Shown here: positions 1 through 7,439 of the stretch, one piece after another
Layout: every line of letters starts with the position of its first letter
Position numbering within the stretch: the stretch's first letter is position 1
Assembly (NCBI GenBank): GCA_016840855.1
Contig: JAEORO010000229.1
Coordinates: 1 to 11,134, forward strand
Source: Candidatus Thorarchaeota archaeon
GTDB lineage: Archaea; Asgardarchaeota; Thorarchaeia; Thorarchaeales; Thorarchaeaceae
Length of the DNA stretch: 11,134 bases
Reading direction: 5' to 3'
The notes under the pieces: model-generated
The model's input: the letters and a program-made list of their open reading frames with translations, nothing else
Database searches by the model: none
What the model was told of the DNA's origin: nothing
Translations under genes and position numbers: made by a program

Positions 1-2
1 GT

Positions 3-2294
3 GATATCCTTGTTGCCTTAGGAGAATTTCTCGAAAACAATCATCCCCTTGTCCCCTCAGGGTATTGTGAAGAATGGTGGTCCCATGATCTTGACCGTGC
101 TGTTTCGAAAATAACACTGACTGAGCTAAAAAAACATCTTTCGAAATTTGATATGACTCCAGAGGACATTAATCAGTTTGTAGACTCTCCACTCACACGA
201 ACTCCAAGTGCATCTCAAACAGTTCATCTTTCAAAGAAGTTGAAAATTCCACTCCATCCATTTTATCTATACCGCTGGATGGCGCTCACTCCTGACGAAA
301 CGCTGAAAATAAGAGAGTGGCTTCTTACAAAGCATACAATTAAAGATTCCATTATGATTTTACCTTTTAAAAGTGAATACAAACACTTGTTAGAGAAAGC
401 AGCAATCCCGCATACTTTGGCATCAGGTAAAAAGAAAATTCTTCTTAGCGACGATGCTGTAGCCATTCTTGCTCAACTTGGAAAGAAGGATGCAACTCCA
501 AAAGGAACCACACCTCTCGAACTGATGAGTTCTGTGGCATCCGTGAAATTGATGGACAAAGTTGGTTTTTCTATTGGGGCTAGAATGGGTCGACCTGAGA
601 AAGCTGAAGAACGACGGATGAAACCACCAGTTCAAGCTCTATTTCCTGTTGGTCGTTCAAAAGGAACTGAACGTCGAATAGAGGAAGTAGCTAAGAGTGT
701 AGAGCACATATCCACCCTTGATACCTTTGAGGGAAACTCGATTGGACTTGAAACTACTGGCTCTAATGGTGTAGAGCTGGAGATGGTTTCTAGAATCTGT
801 CCAATTTGTTCATCTGAAACATTTGAATCACGATGCCCTAAATGTGGAGTACATACCAATATTCAACCATGGTGTTCTCATGAAGACTGTGGGCGACCAG
901 TTGATTCTAACACTGGGATGTGTCAATATAGCCACGATGTGAACCTTATTCGAGTAACTAAAAAAGTCCAAGTAGATATAACAGCTCTAATCAATCGCGT
1001 CAAGACGGAGGTCAGTGAGTTTGAAGCGCATGGTGTCCGTGGTGTTTTAGGCCTCACTAGCGACTACAAAATTCCTGAGTATCTTGGAAAAGGTATTCTC
1101 CGAGCAAAATATGATGTATATTGCTATCGTGACGGAACAGCACGTTTTGATGCAACTGATGCTCCATTAACGCACTTCACTCCAAGAGAGATAGGTACTC
1201 CAGTTAGTCGCCTACATGAGCTTGGCTATGTCACAGATCAATATGGAGAGCCTCTAATCACTGATGATCAAGTTGTTGAACTCAGGGTTCAGGATATCAT
1301 TGTGCCAGAGAATTGCGCGATGTACTTGGTAAGAGTCGGACGGTTCATTGACGACTGTCTAGAAAAGATGTATGGCTTAGATAGGTACTACAAGTTTGAT
1401 GTTCAAGAGGATGTCATTGGACAACTTGTCATTGGTCTTGCACCTCATACATCAGCTGGAATTATTGGTCGTATTATTGGATTCACAAATGCCAGTGTTT
1501 GCTATGCCCATCCTTATTGGCATGCAGCTAAGAGAAGAAACTGTGATGGTGATGAAGATGCGCTCATATTAGTCCTTGACGCACTTCTCAATTTTTCAAA
1601 GAGTTATCTTCCAGCTGGCAGAGGTGGTCTGATGGACGCACCTCTTGTCCTGTCAGTCATTCTTAAGCCAACTGAAGTTGATGATGAGAGCCATAATATC
1701 GAAGTCTGTAGACGATATCCTGCTGAGTTCTACAATATGGTAGCAGAAGCGAGGCCTCCTAAGGATGTAGAGAAACTAGTCGACATTATTGCATCCCGAC
1801 TTAATTCAGCTGCGCAGTACGAAGGATTTGGATTCACACATAGTACATCATCATTCGACTCTGGTCCCAAAAATACTAGATACAAGATATTGGGTAGCAT
1901 GGATGAAAAATTGAACGCTCAACTGAAACTTGCTACTCTTATCTCAGCAGTTGATGCAAAGGATGTTGCTGAGCGTGTGCTATCGCATCATTTCTTCCGT
2001 GACATTCGAGGTAATCTGAGAGCTTATTCTACACAGAAAATTCAGTGCCAGAAGTGTCGAAGGATCTATAGACGTATTCCTCTCTCTGGTAATTGCATAT
2101 GTGGGAGTAAACTCTCTTTGACAGTCAGGCAGAAGAATATCTCAAAATATCTGGACGTGACCAGAAAAATCATCGAAGAGCATGGCCTTGATCAGTATCT
2201 GCAGGAACGGCTGAAACTCATTAGAGTTTCTTTAGACTCACTTTTCGTATCAGAACAGACCTCATTAACTGACTTTGATATCTTCGAGCCTTAG
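3..2294 (+). CDS. polC: DNA polymerase D (Pol II) large subunit DP2, 5'-partial (begins upstream of the window)
   Basis: The frame is open from base 3 and reads DILVALGEFLENNHPLVPSGYCEEWW, a conserved DP2 block, so ATG 153 is not the true start. Other DP2 motifs: IGARMGRPEKA, LFPVG, a Cys-rich Zn region (798-935), KGILRAKYDVYCYRDGTARFD, GLAPHTSAG, catalytic HAAKRRNCDGDED (NCDGDED at 1539-1559), GGLMDAPL, DIRGNLRAYSTQ, C-terminal CQKC...CIC Zn site and PIP-like QTSLTDF. Confidence 0.98.
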   Translation, partial: DILVALGEFLENNHPLVPSGYCEEWWSHDLDRAVSKITLTELKKHLSKFDMTPEDINQFVDSPLTRTPSASQTVHLSKKLKIPLHPFYLYRWMALTPDETLKIREWLLTKHTIKDSIMILPFKSEYKHLLEKAAIPHTLASGKKKILLSDDAVAILAQLGKKDATPKGTTPLELMSSVASVKLMDKVGFSIGARMGRPEKAEERRMKPPVQALFPVGRSKGTERRIEEVAKSVEHISTLDTFEGNSIGLETTGSNGVELEMVSRICPICSSETFESRCPKCGVHTNIQPWCSHEDCGRPVDSNTGMCQYSHDVNLIRVTKKVQVDITALINRVKTEVSEFEAHGVRGVLGLTSDYKIPEYLGKGILRAKYDVYCYRDGTARFDATDAPLTHFTPREIGTPVSRLHELGYVTDQYGEPLITDDQVVELRVQDIIVPENCAMYLVRVGRFIDDCLEKMYGLDRYYKFDVQEDVIGQLVIGLAPHTSAGIIGRIIGFTNASVCYAHPYWHAAKRRNCDGDEDALILVLDALLNFSKSYLPAGRGGLMDAPLVLSVILKPTEVDDESHNIEVCRRYPAEFYNMVAEARPPKDVEKLVDIIASRLNSAAQYEGFGFTHSTSSFDSGPKNTRYKILGSMDEKLNAQLKLATLISAVDAKDVAERVLSHHFFRDIRGNLRAYSTQKIQCQKCRRIYRRIPLSGNCICGSKLSLTVRQKNISKYLDVTRKIIEEHGLDQYLQERLKLIRVSLDSLFVSEQTSLTDFDIFEP

Positions 2295-3151
2295 TCCCCA
2301 TTTTGTGACTCAAGAGCTAGAGGTAGTAAGTCTTGGTCCTCAATCATGCCTACAAGACTTCCAGTAACAGACAATACGGGTGCCTGATCGATTTCTTCGT
2401 TCCTGAGTGTTCTTACACATTCCGATACCGTAGTGATTTCGGTGAAGTTAATGATGTTCTTAGTCATCACTTCTTCAACAGCTTTGCTTGGCAATCGAAG
2501 AAGTTTCTTGGTGACGACAAGGAAATCTTTCGAAGTCCATCCCCAATCGACTGCACTATCTGTACCGCTGAAGGTCTGTGAAATGTTATCTTCAACTGTA
2601 ACCTCGGAGAGGCGAATGAAATCGCTCACAGTTATCACTCCGGTCACGCCACCTCCTTCACTAAGCACAACAAGGCTATTTTTTCCAGCCATCTCCATTA
2701 TCATGTATGATAGGGAAATGGGCGTCTTCTCCCAGACAGCAGTCAATGTTCGTGTAACAAATTTGGAAATATCCATTGAGCCATATTTCTCGTCATTTTC
2801 AAGAGTCGATCCTAGAATATCTGGGATTGAAACTAGGCCAACAAGCTCATCTTTTTCAACAACAGGAAGTCTTCTGTATTTTTTCTCAATCATTATCTTC
2901 AGAGCAGTCCTGATATCAGTCCTAGGAGTCACGGTTTCCGGGTTTCTCACCATGAGCATTGCCAGCTGATTCTCATCCGCCTTACGGAGAAGATCAGTTC
3001 TAGTCACCATCCCTACTAGTGACTTGGTTCCCTTCTTTACAACAGGAACACCGTTTATTTGCTTCTCAGCCATAAGCTGAAGAACATCTTCTCTAGTTCC
3101 TGGTACAGACACGTATACTACGTCCGATTGCATGCAATCCTTGACCATCAT
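2291..3151 (-). CDS. CBS-domain protein (two Bateman modules, four CBS motifs), putative adenine-nucleotide-sensing regulator
   Basis: 286 aa with repeated CBS signatures: VKDCMQSDVVYV, GVPVV..LVGMVTRTDLL, RRLPVVEKDELVGLVSIPDIL, VTGVITVSDFI, VEEVMTKNII, APVL...LVGMIEDQDLL. GGAG SD-like element at 3163-3166 (minus strand). The start could be ATG 3151 or 3148. Confidence 0.92.
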   Translation of the reverse strand: MMVKDCMQSDVVYVSVPGTREDVLQLMAEKQINGVPVVKKGTKSLVGMVTRTDLLRKADENQLAMLMVRNPETVTPRTDIRTALKIMIEKKYRRLPVVEKDELVGLVSIPDILGSTLENDEKYGSMDISKFVTRTLTAVWEKTPISLSYMIMEMAGKNSLVVLSEGGGVTGVITVSDFIRLSEVTVEDNISQTFSGTDSAVDWGWTSKDFLVVTKKLLRLPSKAVEEVMTKNIINFTEITTVSECVRTLRNEEIDQAPVLSVTGSLVGMIEDQDLLPLALESQNGD

Positions 3152-3284
3152 TGTTAGGACTACTCCGGTTTATAGAAACTTGAGCACTCATCAAATCACA
3201 TGGATATTGAAGTACTCCAGTGGAATTGATGTAGATGGATTAGTATTTTTTTAGGTCACCTTTTATGGTTTTCCTTGTGCAAAT

Positions 3285-3845
3285 CTACCATGGATTTTTT
3301 TTCAGACCTAGCAAGTAACTTAGTGCATTACTGAACCAGTGTATTCCCAAAGTAGTTAGTATAAGAATTATCACAAAAATTGGACTTGGTGTTAACAATG
3401 GTGATGCAAAAATCAGTGCCATGATAATGAATCCCGTTTGGTCAAGAAATGGTGACGGGTCTCCACTTTTTACATCTACTCTTCTTTTGATGAATGAACC
3501 AATCACATCTCCGGTTAGGGCTCCCAGTGACAAGAGAAATGCTACTGGAACATTAATACTCAGAACATAGTCCATCTCAGGTGTTATGGAAACAAACTGA
3601 GCAAGTAGTGGCTTTAGAAAAGGGGCTGCAAGAAATTGTCCTATCCCTGTGAGTGTTCCCAAAAAAACTCCTATGATGAACCCTCGAATTGTCTTACCAT
3701 TGCCCAGTATGCGCCGGCCATCACGAAAATTCCTGCCACCATCAATCGGTTTTCCACCTCCACCTATTACAGGTGCCGCATTGGCAATCCATGCTGATAA
3801 TCCAAGCCAGATTGAAAGTTCAAAGATGGCAAATTCCTCATACAT
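3285..3845 (-). CDS. carS: CDP-archaeol synthase (CDP-2,3-bis-(O-geranylgeranyl)-sn-glycerol synthase, DUF46 family)
   Basis: 186-aa polytopic membrane protein with the CarS motifs ANAAPV..GGG.PIDGG..F.DGRRILG.GKT.RG, GALTGDVIGSFIKRR, LDQ and H..SN..SYLLGLK..PW. GGAG at 3855-3858 (minus strand) lies 9 nt before the ATG. Confidence 0.95.
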   Translation of the reverse strand: MYEEFAIFELSIWLGLSAWIANAAPVIGGGGKPIDGGRNFRDGRRILGNGKTIRGFIIGVFLGTLTGIGQFLAAPFLKPLLAQFVSITPEMDYVLSINVPVAFLLSLGALTGDVIGSFIKRRVDVKSGDPSPFLDQTGFIIMALIFASPLLTPSPIFVIILILTTLGIHWFSNALSYLLGLKKNPW

Positions 3846-3883
3846 CTAGTAATGCTCCGTGTCTGTCGTCGAGTTAACCAATT

Positions 3884-4585
3884 TCACTCTTTCTCATGGG
3901 GCTTCTCAGGTGATAGACCTCTCTCAATGAGGTAGAGTCGCCCGTCTGAATACTCTCCTTCAGGTACAATTCTTTGGATGATTCTCTCGCCTGTTCCTTG
4001 TGCAACCCGTAATTTTATTGTGTAATCTGACCAAAAGTCCAAGATGTTCTTTGCAACCGGTTCGAAGTCGTCAAAGCCCTTGATTTGAGCTCTCACCTGA
4101 TTCAGAACTAACACAACAATATCTTTGTTTCTTGCTAGCCCCTTCAACAATCCAGCTTGCCTATTTAGCTCCCGGTGTTTAGCATAGTTTGTCTTCTTAT
4201 CTTCGAGTTCTAGTCTATAGTATCTAGTCAAAGTATCAACTATAACAAGTTTCATGTCCGCTCGTAAATACAACTCTAGGTCGTCAATCAATGCTCCTTG
4301 CTCATCGAATCCCTTTGGGGCGAGAATTTTCACTTTATTTTCGATTTCACTGAACGATTTTGCAGTTATCTGTTCAAGTCGTTTGACTGGTGATGTGTTT
4401 TCAGAGTTGACATAGATTGTACCAAAATTAAGCCTGTGTGCATTTGAAACAAACTGGAGTGCTAGAGTTGTCTTTCCTGAGGCTGCATCACCATAAACAT
4501 GTGTGAAAAAACCCGTGTGGAGACCGCCCTCAAGAATTCGATCAAGTAAAGATACCCCAGACGGAAGAATCAAATTCAATCCCAC
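3884..4585 (-). CDS. radB: RadB-like RecA/RadA paralog (ATPase domain only)
   Basis: 233 aa with no RadA N-terminal domain. Motifs: LPSG...LDRILEGGL, Walker A GDAASGKTT, YVNSE, Walker B LVIVD, VLVLNQV. GTG start, with an AAGGTGA SD-like element at 4599-4605 (minus strand). RadB versus aRadC subfamily cannot be resolved by eye. Confidence 0.82.
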   Translation of the reverse strand: MGLNLILPSGVSLLDRILEGGLHTGFFTHVYGDAASGKTTLALQFVSNAHRLNFGTIYVNSENTSPVKRLEQITAKSFSEIENKVKILAPKGFDEQGALIDDLELYLRADMKLVIVDTLTRYYRLELEDKKTNYAKHRELNRQAGLLKGLARNKDIVVLVLNQVRAQIKGFDDFEPVAKNILDFWSDYTIKLRVAQGTGERIIQRIVPEGEYSDGRLYLIERGLSPEKPHEKE

Positions 4586-4638
4586 TGACTAGTTGTCATC
4601 ACCTTCAAGTGATAAGCATATCTAGAAGGACAGATATC

Positions 4639-5403
4639 ATGCTAAAGTGGCAGGTAGCGATTGCCACAGAGAACCCTAAAGTTCTCTATCTAGTCATTGA
4701 GCTCTTGAAAAAACTCAATCTCCAGTTTGAGGTCTGTACACCTGGCAATCCTCGATGTCAAGAGGCTAAAGTAGTTGTTTCAACATTAGAGGACTCCAGC
4801 AATCATAATTCTCTGGTCATTGTCAATGAAACAATGGACCCTGATTTTACAGCGATTGAGATCTTGGCAAAGCTAAATGATATTCAAGATCCTGCGGTTG
4901 CCGCAATAGGAGTTGATCCCGGAATGCGGTTCGGAATTGCTCTAGTCATTGATGGCATTGTTCTATTCAAAAGCTCACTAACAAGTCCCGGTTCCGCAGC
5001 TAGAATGACCTCTCGTTTGGAATCGTATGTCTATCATCTTTTTCCAAAATGCAAGATAATTGTACGAGCAGGAACAGGCTCAAAATTGTACACGGCCTTG
5101 TATCTCCGAACTATGCACGAAGAGTTTCCAAATCTGAATGTTGAGCTTGTTAATGAGCATCGAACAACATTATCAAGCGGCATAACCTCTGACCAATCCT
5201 CAGCAATTCTTATAGCTGGAAGGTCTGGACGATTGCATGAAGCGAGTGATAGAATTCTTGAACCAAAAGTAGGGTATGTAAGGTCTCTGAAACTATTTGT
5301 ACAACGATTCACTCGAGGTAAACGTGAAATCACAACTGATGAAGCTCACGCAATTCTACTTGGAGAACTGTCTTTAGATCGTATTTTGTCAGGCGATTAC
5401 TAA
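4639..5403 (+). CDS. Uncharacterised protein with a central RNase H-fold (YqgF/RuvC-like) putative nuclease domain
   Basis: AIGVDPGMRFGIALV (Asp at 4915), ELVNEHRTT (Glu at 5155) and SDQSSAILIA (Asp at 5191) match the YqgF-type pattern DxG..xGxA / VDERxTT / DxxAAxxI. ATG 4639, preceded by GAAGGA at 4625-4630, is preferred over the track's GTG 4609. Confidence 0.72.
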   Translation: MLKWQVAIATENPKVLYLVIELLKKLNLQFEVCTPGNPRCQEAKVVVSTLEDSSNHNSLVIVNETMDPDFTAIEILAKLNDIQDPAVAAIGVDPGMRFGIALVIDGIVLFKSSLTSPGSAARMTSRLESYVYHLFPKCKIIVRAGTGSKLYTALYLRTMHEEFPNLNVELVNEHRTTLSSGITSDQSSAILIAGRSGRLHEASDRILEPKVGYVRSLKLFVQRFTRGKREITTDEAHAILLGELSLDRILSGDY

Positions 5404-7331
5404 ACAATAAAGAAACTCTCAACTTCATGTGAGGTTATTTCCGGATCATTTGGGATGATTTGAGTGACATCAGCTAACCAAGACGGGATGAATCTACTAA
5501 GATAGGACGTTCCAAACCGTTGGTCGAGCAATACAATCACACCTCTATCATCCAGTCTTCTTACAGGTCTGCCTGCAGCTTGGATTGCACGAGTCATTGC
5601 AGGGAGCACATAGGCATAATCTCTCCCTTTCTGATTGAATCTCGAATCGTAATAGTTGATGAGTGCCTCCATTCTTGGAGTGGGTTTAGCATAAGGGACT
5701 CCTACGACCACTACGCTTTCCATCGTTGTCCCTGGGAAGTCTCCCCCCTCAGAGTTTCGACCACCTTGTACCCCAAGAAGCACTGCTCCACCACGATCTC
5801 CTTCCTCTCTAAAAGCTTGAATCAATCTATCATTCTCAGCTCCTTTCATCCCTGGTTTTTCAATGAAGATTTTGCGTCGAATACGTTTCTCGAAACCGGC
5901 ATCAATTAGAGACTTGCCTACTGAGTAGCTGGAAGTAAAGATTCCAGTGTTACTTGGAGTGGCATTTACGACAGCTACACATTGATCTACCATCTGCTCA
6001 AAAGTTGAATCACTTCTATTTTGGAATGATGTGTCTAAATCGCTGATGATTAGACCAAGCCTATTCTTTCTCGCGAAAGGGCTTTGAAAAGTTGCCTTGA
6101 CGGCATCTGGTCCGAATCCTAACATTTCAGCATATGCATCCAATGGTGAGATGGTACCAGATATCGCTACTGAGCTATGCACCATGCTCAATACTTTTTC
6201 AGTAACTGATGTTGGATCCAATGCAACAAGGTCTATCGAAACTCTTCTGCTTTCTCCATAACCCCTACTGGAAGCTAATAGAAATGTGTAGTCCTTCCTT
6301 TCCGCGCATCTCAACCATCTAATCAGAAACTCGCTTACTCTGTGGATTGAAGAACGTGGAAATTTGCCTGCTTTTAATAAGCCTCGTCTGATTTTGGATC
6401 CTAAATCCTTCATGTGGGCAAGGATCTGAGGTTGATGCTCCAATTGAGCTATCTTAATTGCAGTTTCGACTATTTGTTTAGGATCTACTAACCTCTCATC
6501 AACCTGTTTCATATCTGAAGAGAGTTCCAAGACTGCCTTAGCCAGAGAACGAGTGAAGTCCTTCGAGGGTTCGTCATTATAGGTTATTGCTTCTCGGAGT
6601 GCTTGCCTTATTGTTCCTATGGTCAATGAGTCACTTGCCGAGTCAAGTGCTGTAGAAGGAACATTATGGGCTTCATCTTGCACTAGTACAATTTTTGATG
6701 GTGGTGTTTCAAGATCAGGGATGAACACTTCAAGTATCCAAGGGTCTAAGACATAGAGATATGAAAGAGCGACAACATCTACTACCTTTGCAAGACGTTT
6801 TGCGAGTTCATAAGGACATAATGATTTACTACTCGCAATTTTAGCGATCTCTGGGGCTGAAAGTACCTTCTTCGGCATATCTTCCAAAAGGTCTTCAGGA
6901 TTTCCTGCCCGACGAAGATTCTCATAATAAACACATCTTCCCGTTGCTTTTAATTGACCACAGACTTCAGAGATTGGGGCAACGAAATCTGCATTTTCTA
7001 GTACAAAGGAATTCAAACACATGTGACGTCGTCCACGGAAAGAAACGCCGGAAACTTCCCTTTTACCTGATATTTCTTCAAGCTCTTCCATAACTCGATC
7101 AAGCTGTCTATGTGTTCGAGCGCAATACAGTATCTTTCCATCTTTCTCATTGACCCATGGCAACACACTGCTTAAGGTAACACAAGTCTTTCCAAAGCCA
7201 TTTGGCGCTTCTGAACAAATATGAATACTGGCTTTGACAGACGCCTCAATTTCCTTCATCATTTGCTCTTGGCCTTCACGTGCTTCAGGATACGGAAAAA
7301 AGTCCATATAGCTCATAGAATCTTTGGACAT
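5400..7331 (-). CDS. xpd: XPD/Rad3/DinG-family Fe-S cluster 5'-3' DNA helicase (SF2)
   Basis: 643 aa. Q motif FPYPEAREGQ, Walker A APNGFGKT, RTHRQL, four Fe-S cysteines (HMCLN, EVCGQ, GRCVYY, LCPYE), motif II DEAHN, motif III SGTISP, SEGGDFPG, VGVPY, motif VI QAAGRPVR and LLDQRF. Confidence 0.95.
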   Translation of the reverse strand: MSKDSMSYMDFFPYPEAREGQEQMMKEIEASVKASIHICSEAPNGFGKTCVTLSSVLPWVNEKDGKILYCARTHRQLDRVMEELEEISGKREVSGVSFRGRRHMCLNSFVLENADFVAPISEVCGQLKATGRCVYYENLRRAGNPEDLLEDMPKKVLSAPEIAKIASSKSLCPYELAKRLAKVVDVVALSYLYVLDPWILEVFIPDLETPPSKIVLVQDEAHNVPSTALDSASDSLTIGTIRQALREAITYNDEPSKDFTRSLAKAVLELSSDMKQVDERLVDPKQIVETAIKIAQLEHQPQILAHMKDLGSKIRRGLLKAGKFPRSSIHRVSEFLIRWLRCAERKDYTFLLASSRGYGESRRVSIDLVALDPTSVTEKVLSMVHSSVAISGTISPLDAYAEMLGFGPDAVKATFQSPFARKNRLGLIISDLDTSFQNRSDSTFEQMVDQCVAVVNATPSNTGIFTSSYSVGKSLIDAGFEKRIRRKIFIEKPGMKGAENDRLIQAFREEGDRGGAVLLGVQGGRNSEGGDFPGTTMESVVVVGVPYAKPTPRMEALINYYDSRFNQKGRDYAYVLPAMTRAIQAAGRPVRRLDDRGVIVLLDQRFGTSYLSRFIPSWLADVTQIIPNDPEITSHEVESFFIV

Positions 7332-7398
7332 TAGGGCTCTACAAATGTGTGCCAGTTACAGCCCTGATAATCCTGTTGCTTCTTCCCATCGCTTGCGT

Positions 7399-7435
7399 TA
7401 GTGATTTATCTGACCTTTTCATTCAGATAGTGATT
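7399..7435. promoter_or_regulatory. Inverted repeat TATCTGA-N9-TCAGATA overlapped by an 8-bp direct repeat TAGTGATT; candidate operator or 5' hairpin
   Basis: TATCTGA at 7407-7413 and TCAGATA at 7423-7429; TAGTGATT at 7399-7406 and 7428-7435. Lies in the xpd / PAC4-like divergent intergenic region, ending 4 nt before ATG 7440. Function is inferred only. Confidence 0.35.
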
Positions 7436-7439
7436 AATT

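Noticed and set aside
153-155. ATG 153 as the DP2 start
   Set aside because: Conserved DP2 sequence continues in frame upstream to the window edge.
263-859. Short minus-strand ORFs 263-466, 423-635 and 632-859
   Set aside because: They are antisense shadows inside DP2 with no recognisable motifs.
1539-1559. Intein at the known DP2 insertion site in the RRN/CDGDED catalytic motif
   Set aside because: The motif HAAKRRNCDGDED is contiguous, so there is no intein at this site.
2333-2969. Plus-strand ORFs of 82 aa and 178 aa
   Set aside because: They are antisense to the CBS gene. The 178-aa ORF has the Ser/Thr/Phe-rich composition typical of a reverse-complement shadow frame.
3152-3284. Possible small RNA, tRNA or repeat in the 133-bp CBS-carS gap
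   Set aside because: No cloverleaf, convincing C/D box pair or strong hairpin is visible. The short T-runs and a TATAAA-like element (3169-3174, minus strand) fit an ordinary promoter or terminator but are too weak to call.
3649-3877. Plus-strand ORFs of 66 aa and 62 aa, one Cys/His-rich
   Set aside because: Both are antisense to carS. The apparent metal-binding residues arise from the reverse complement of Gly/Val-rich codons.
4639-5403. Reading the RNase H-fold ORF as a transposase or a TnpB/Cas12-type effector
   Set aside because: There are no terminal inverted repeats, target duplications, zinc ribbon, adjacent non-coding RNA space or CRISPR array, and the gene is tightly interlocked with housekeeping genes.
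5034-5909. ORFs 5034-5333 (-) and 5520-5909 (+)
   Set aside because: They are antisense shadows of the nuclease and XPD genes.
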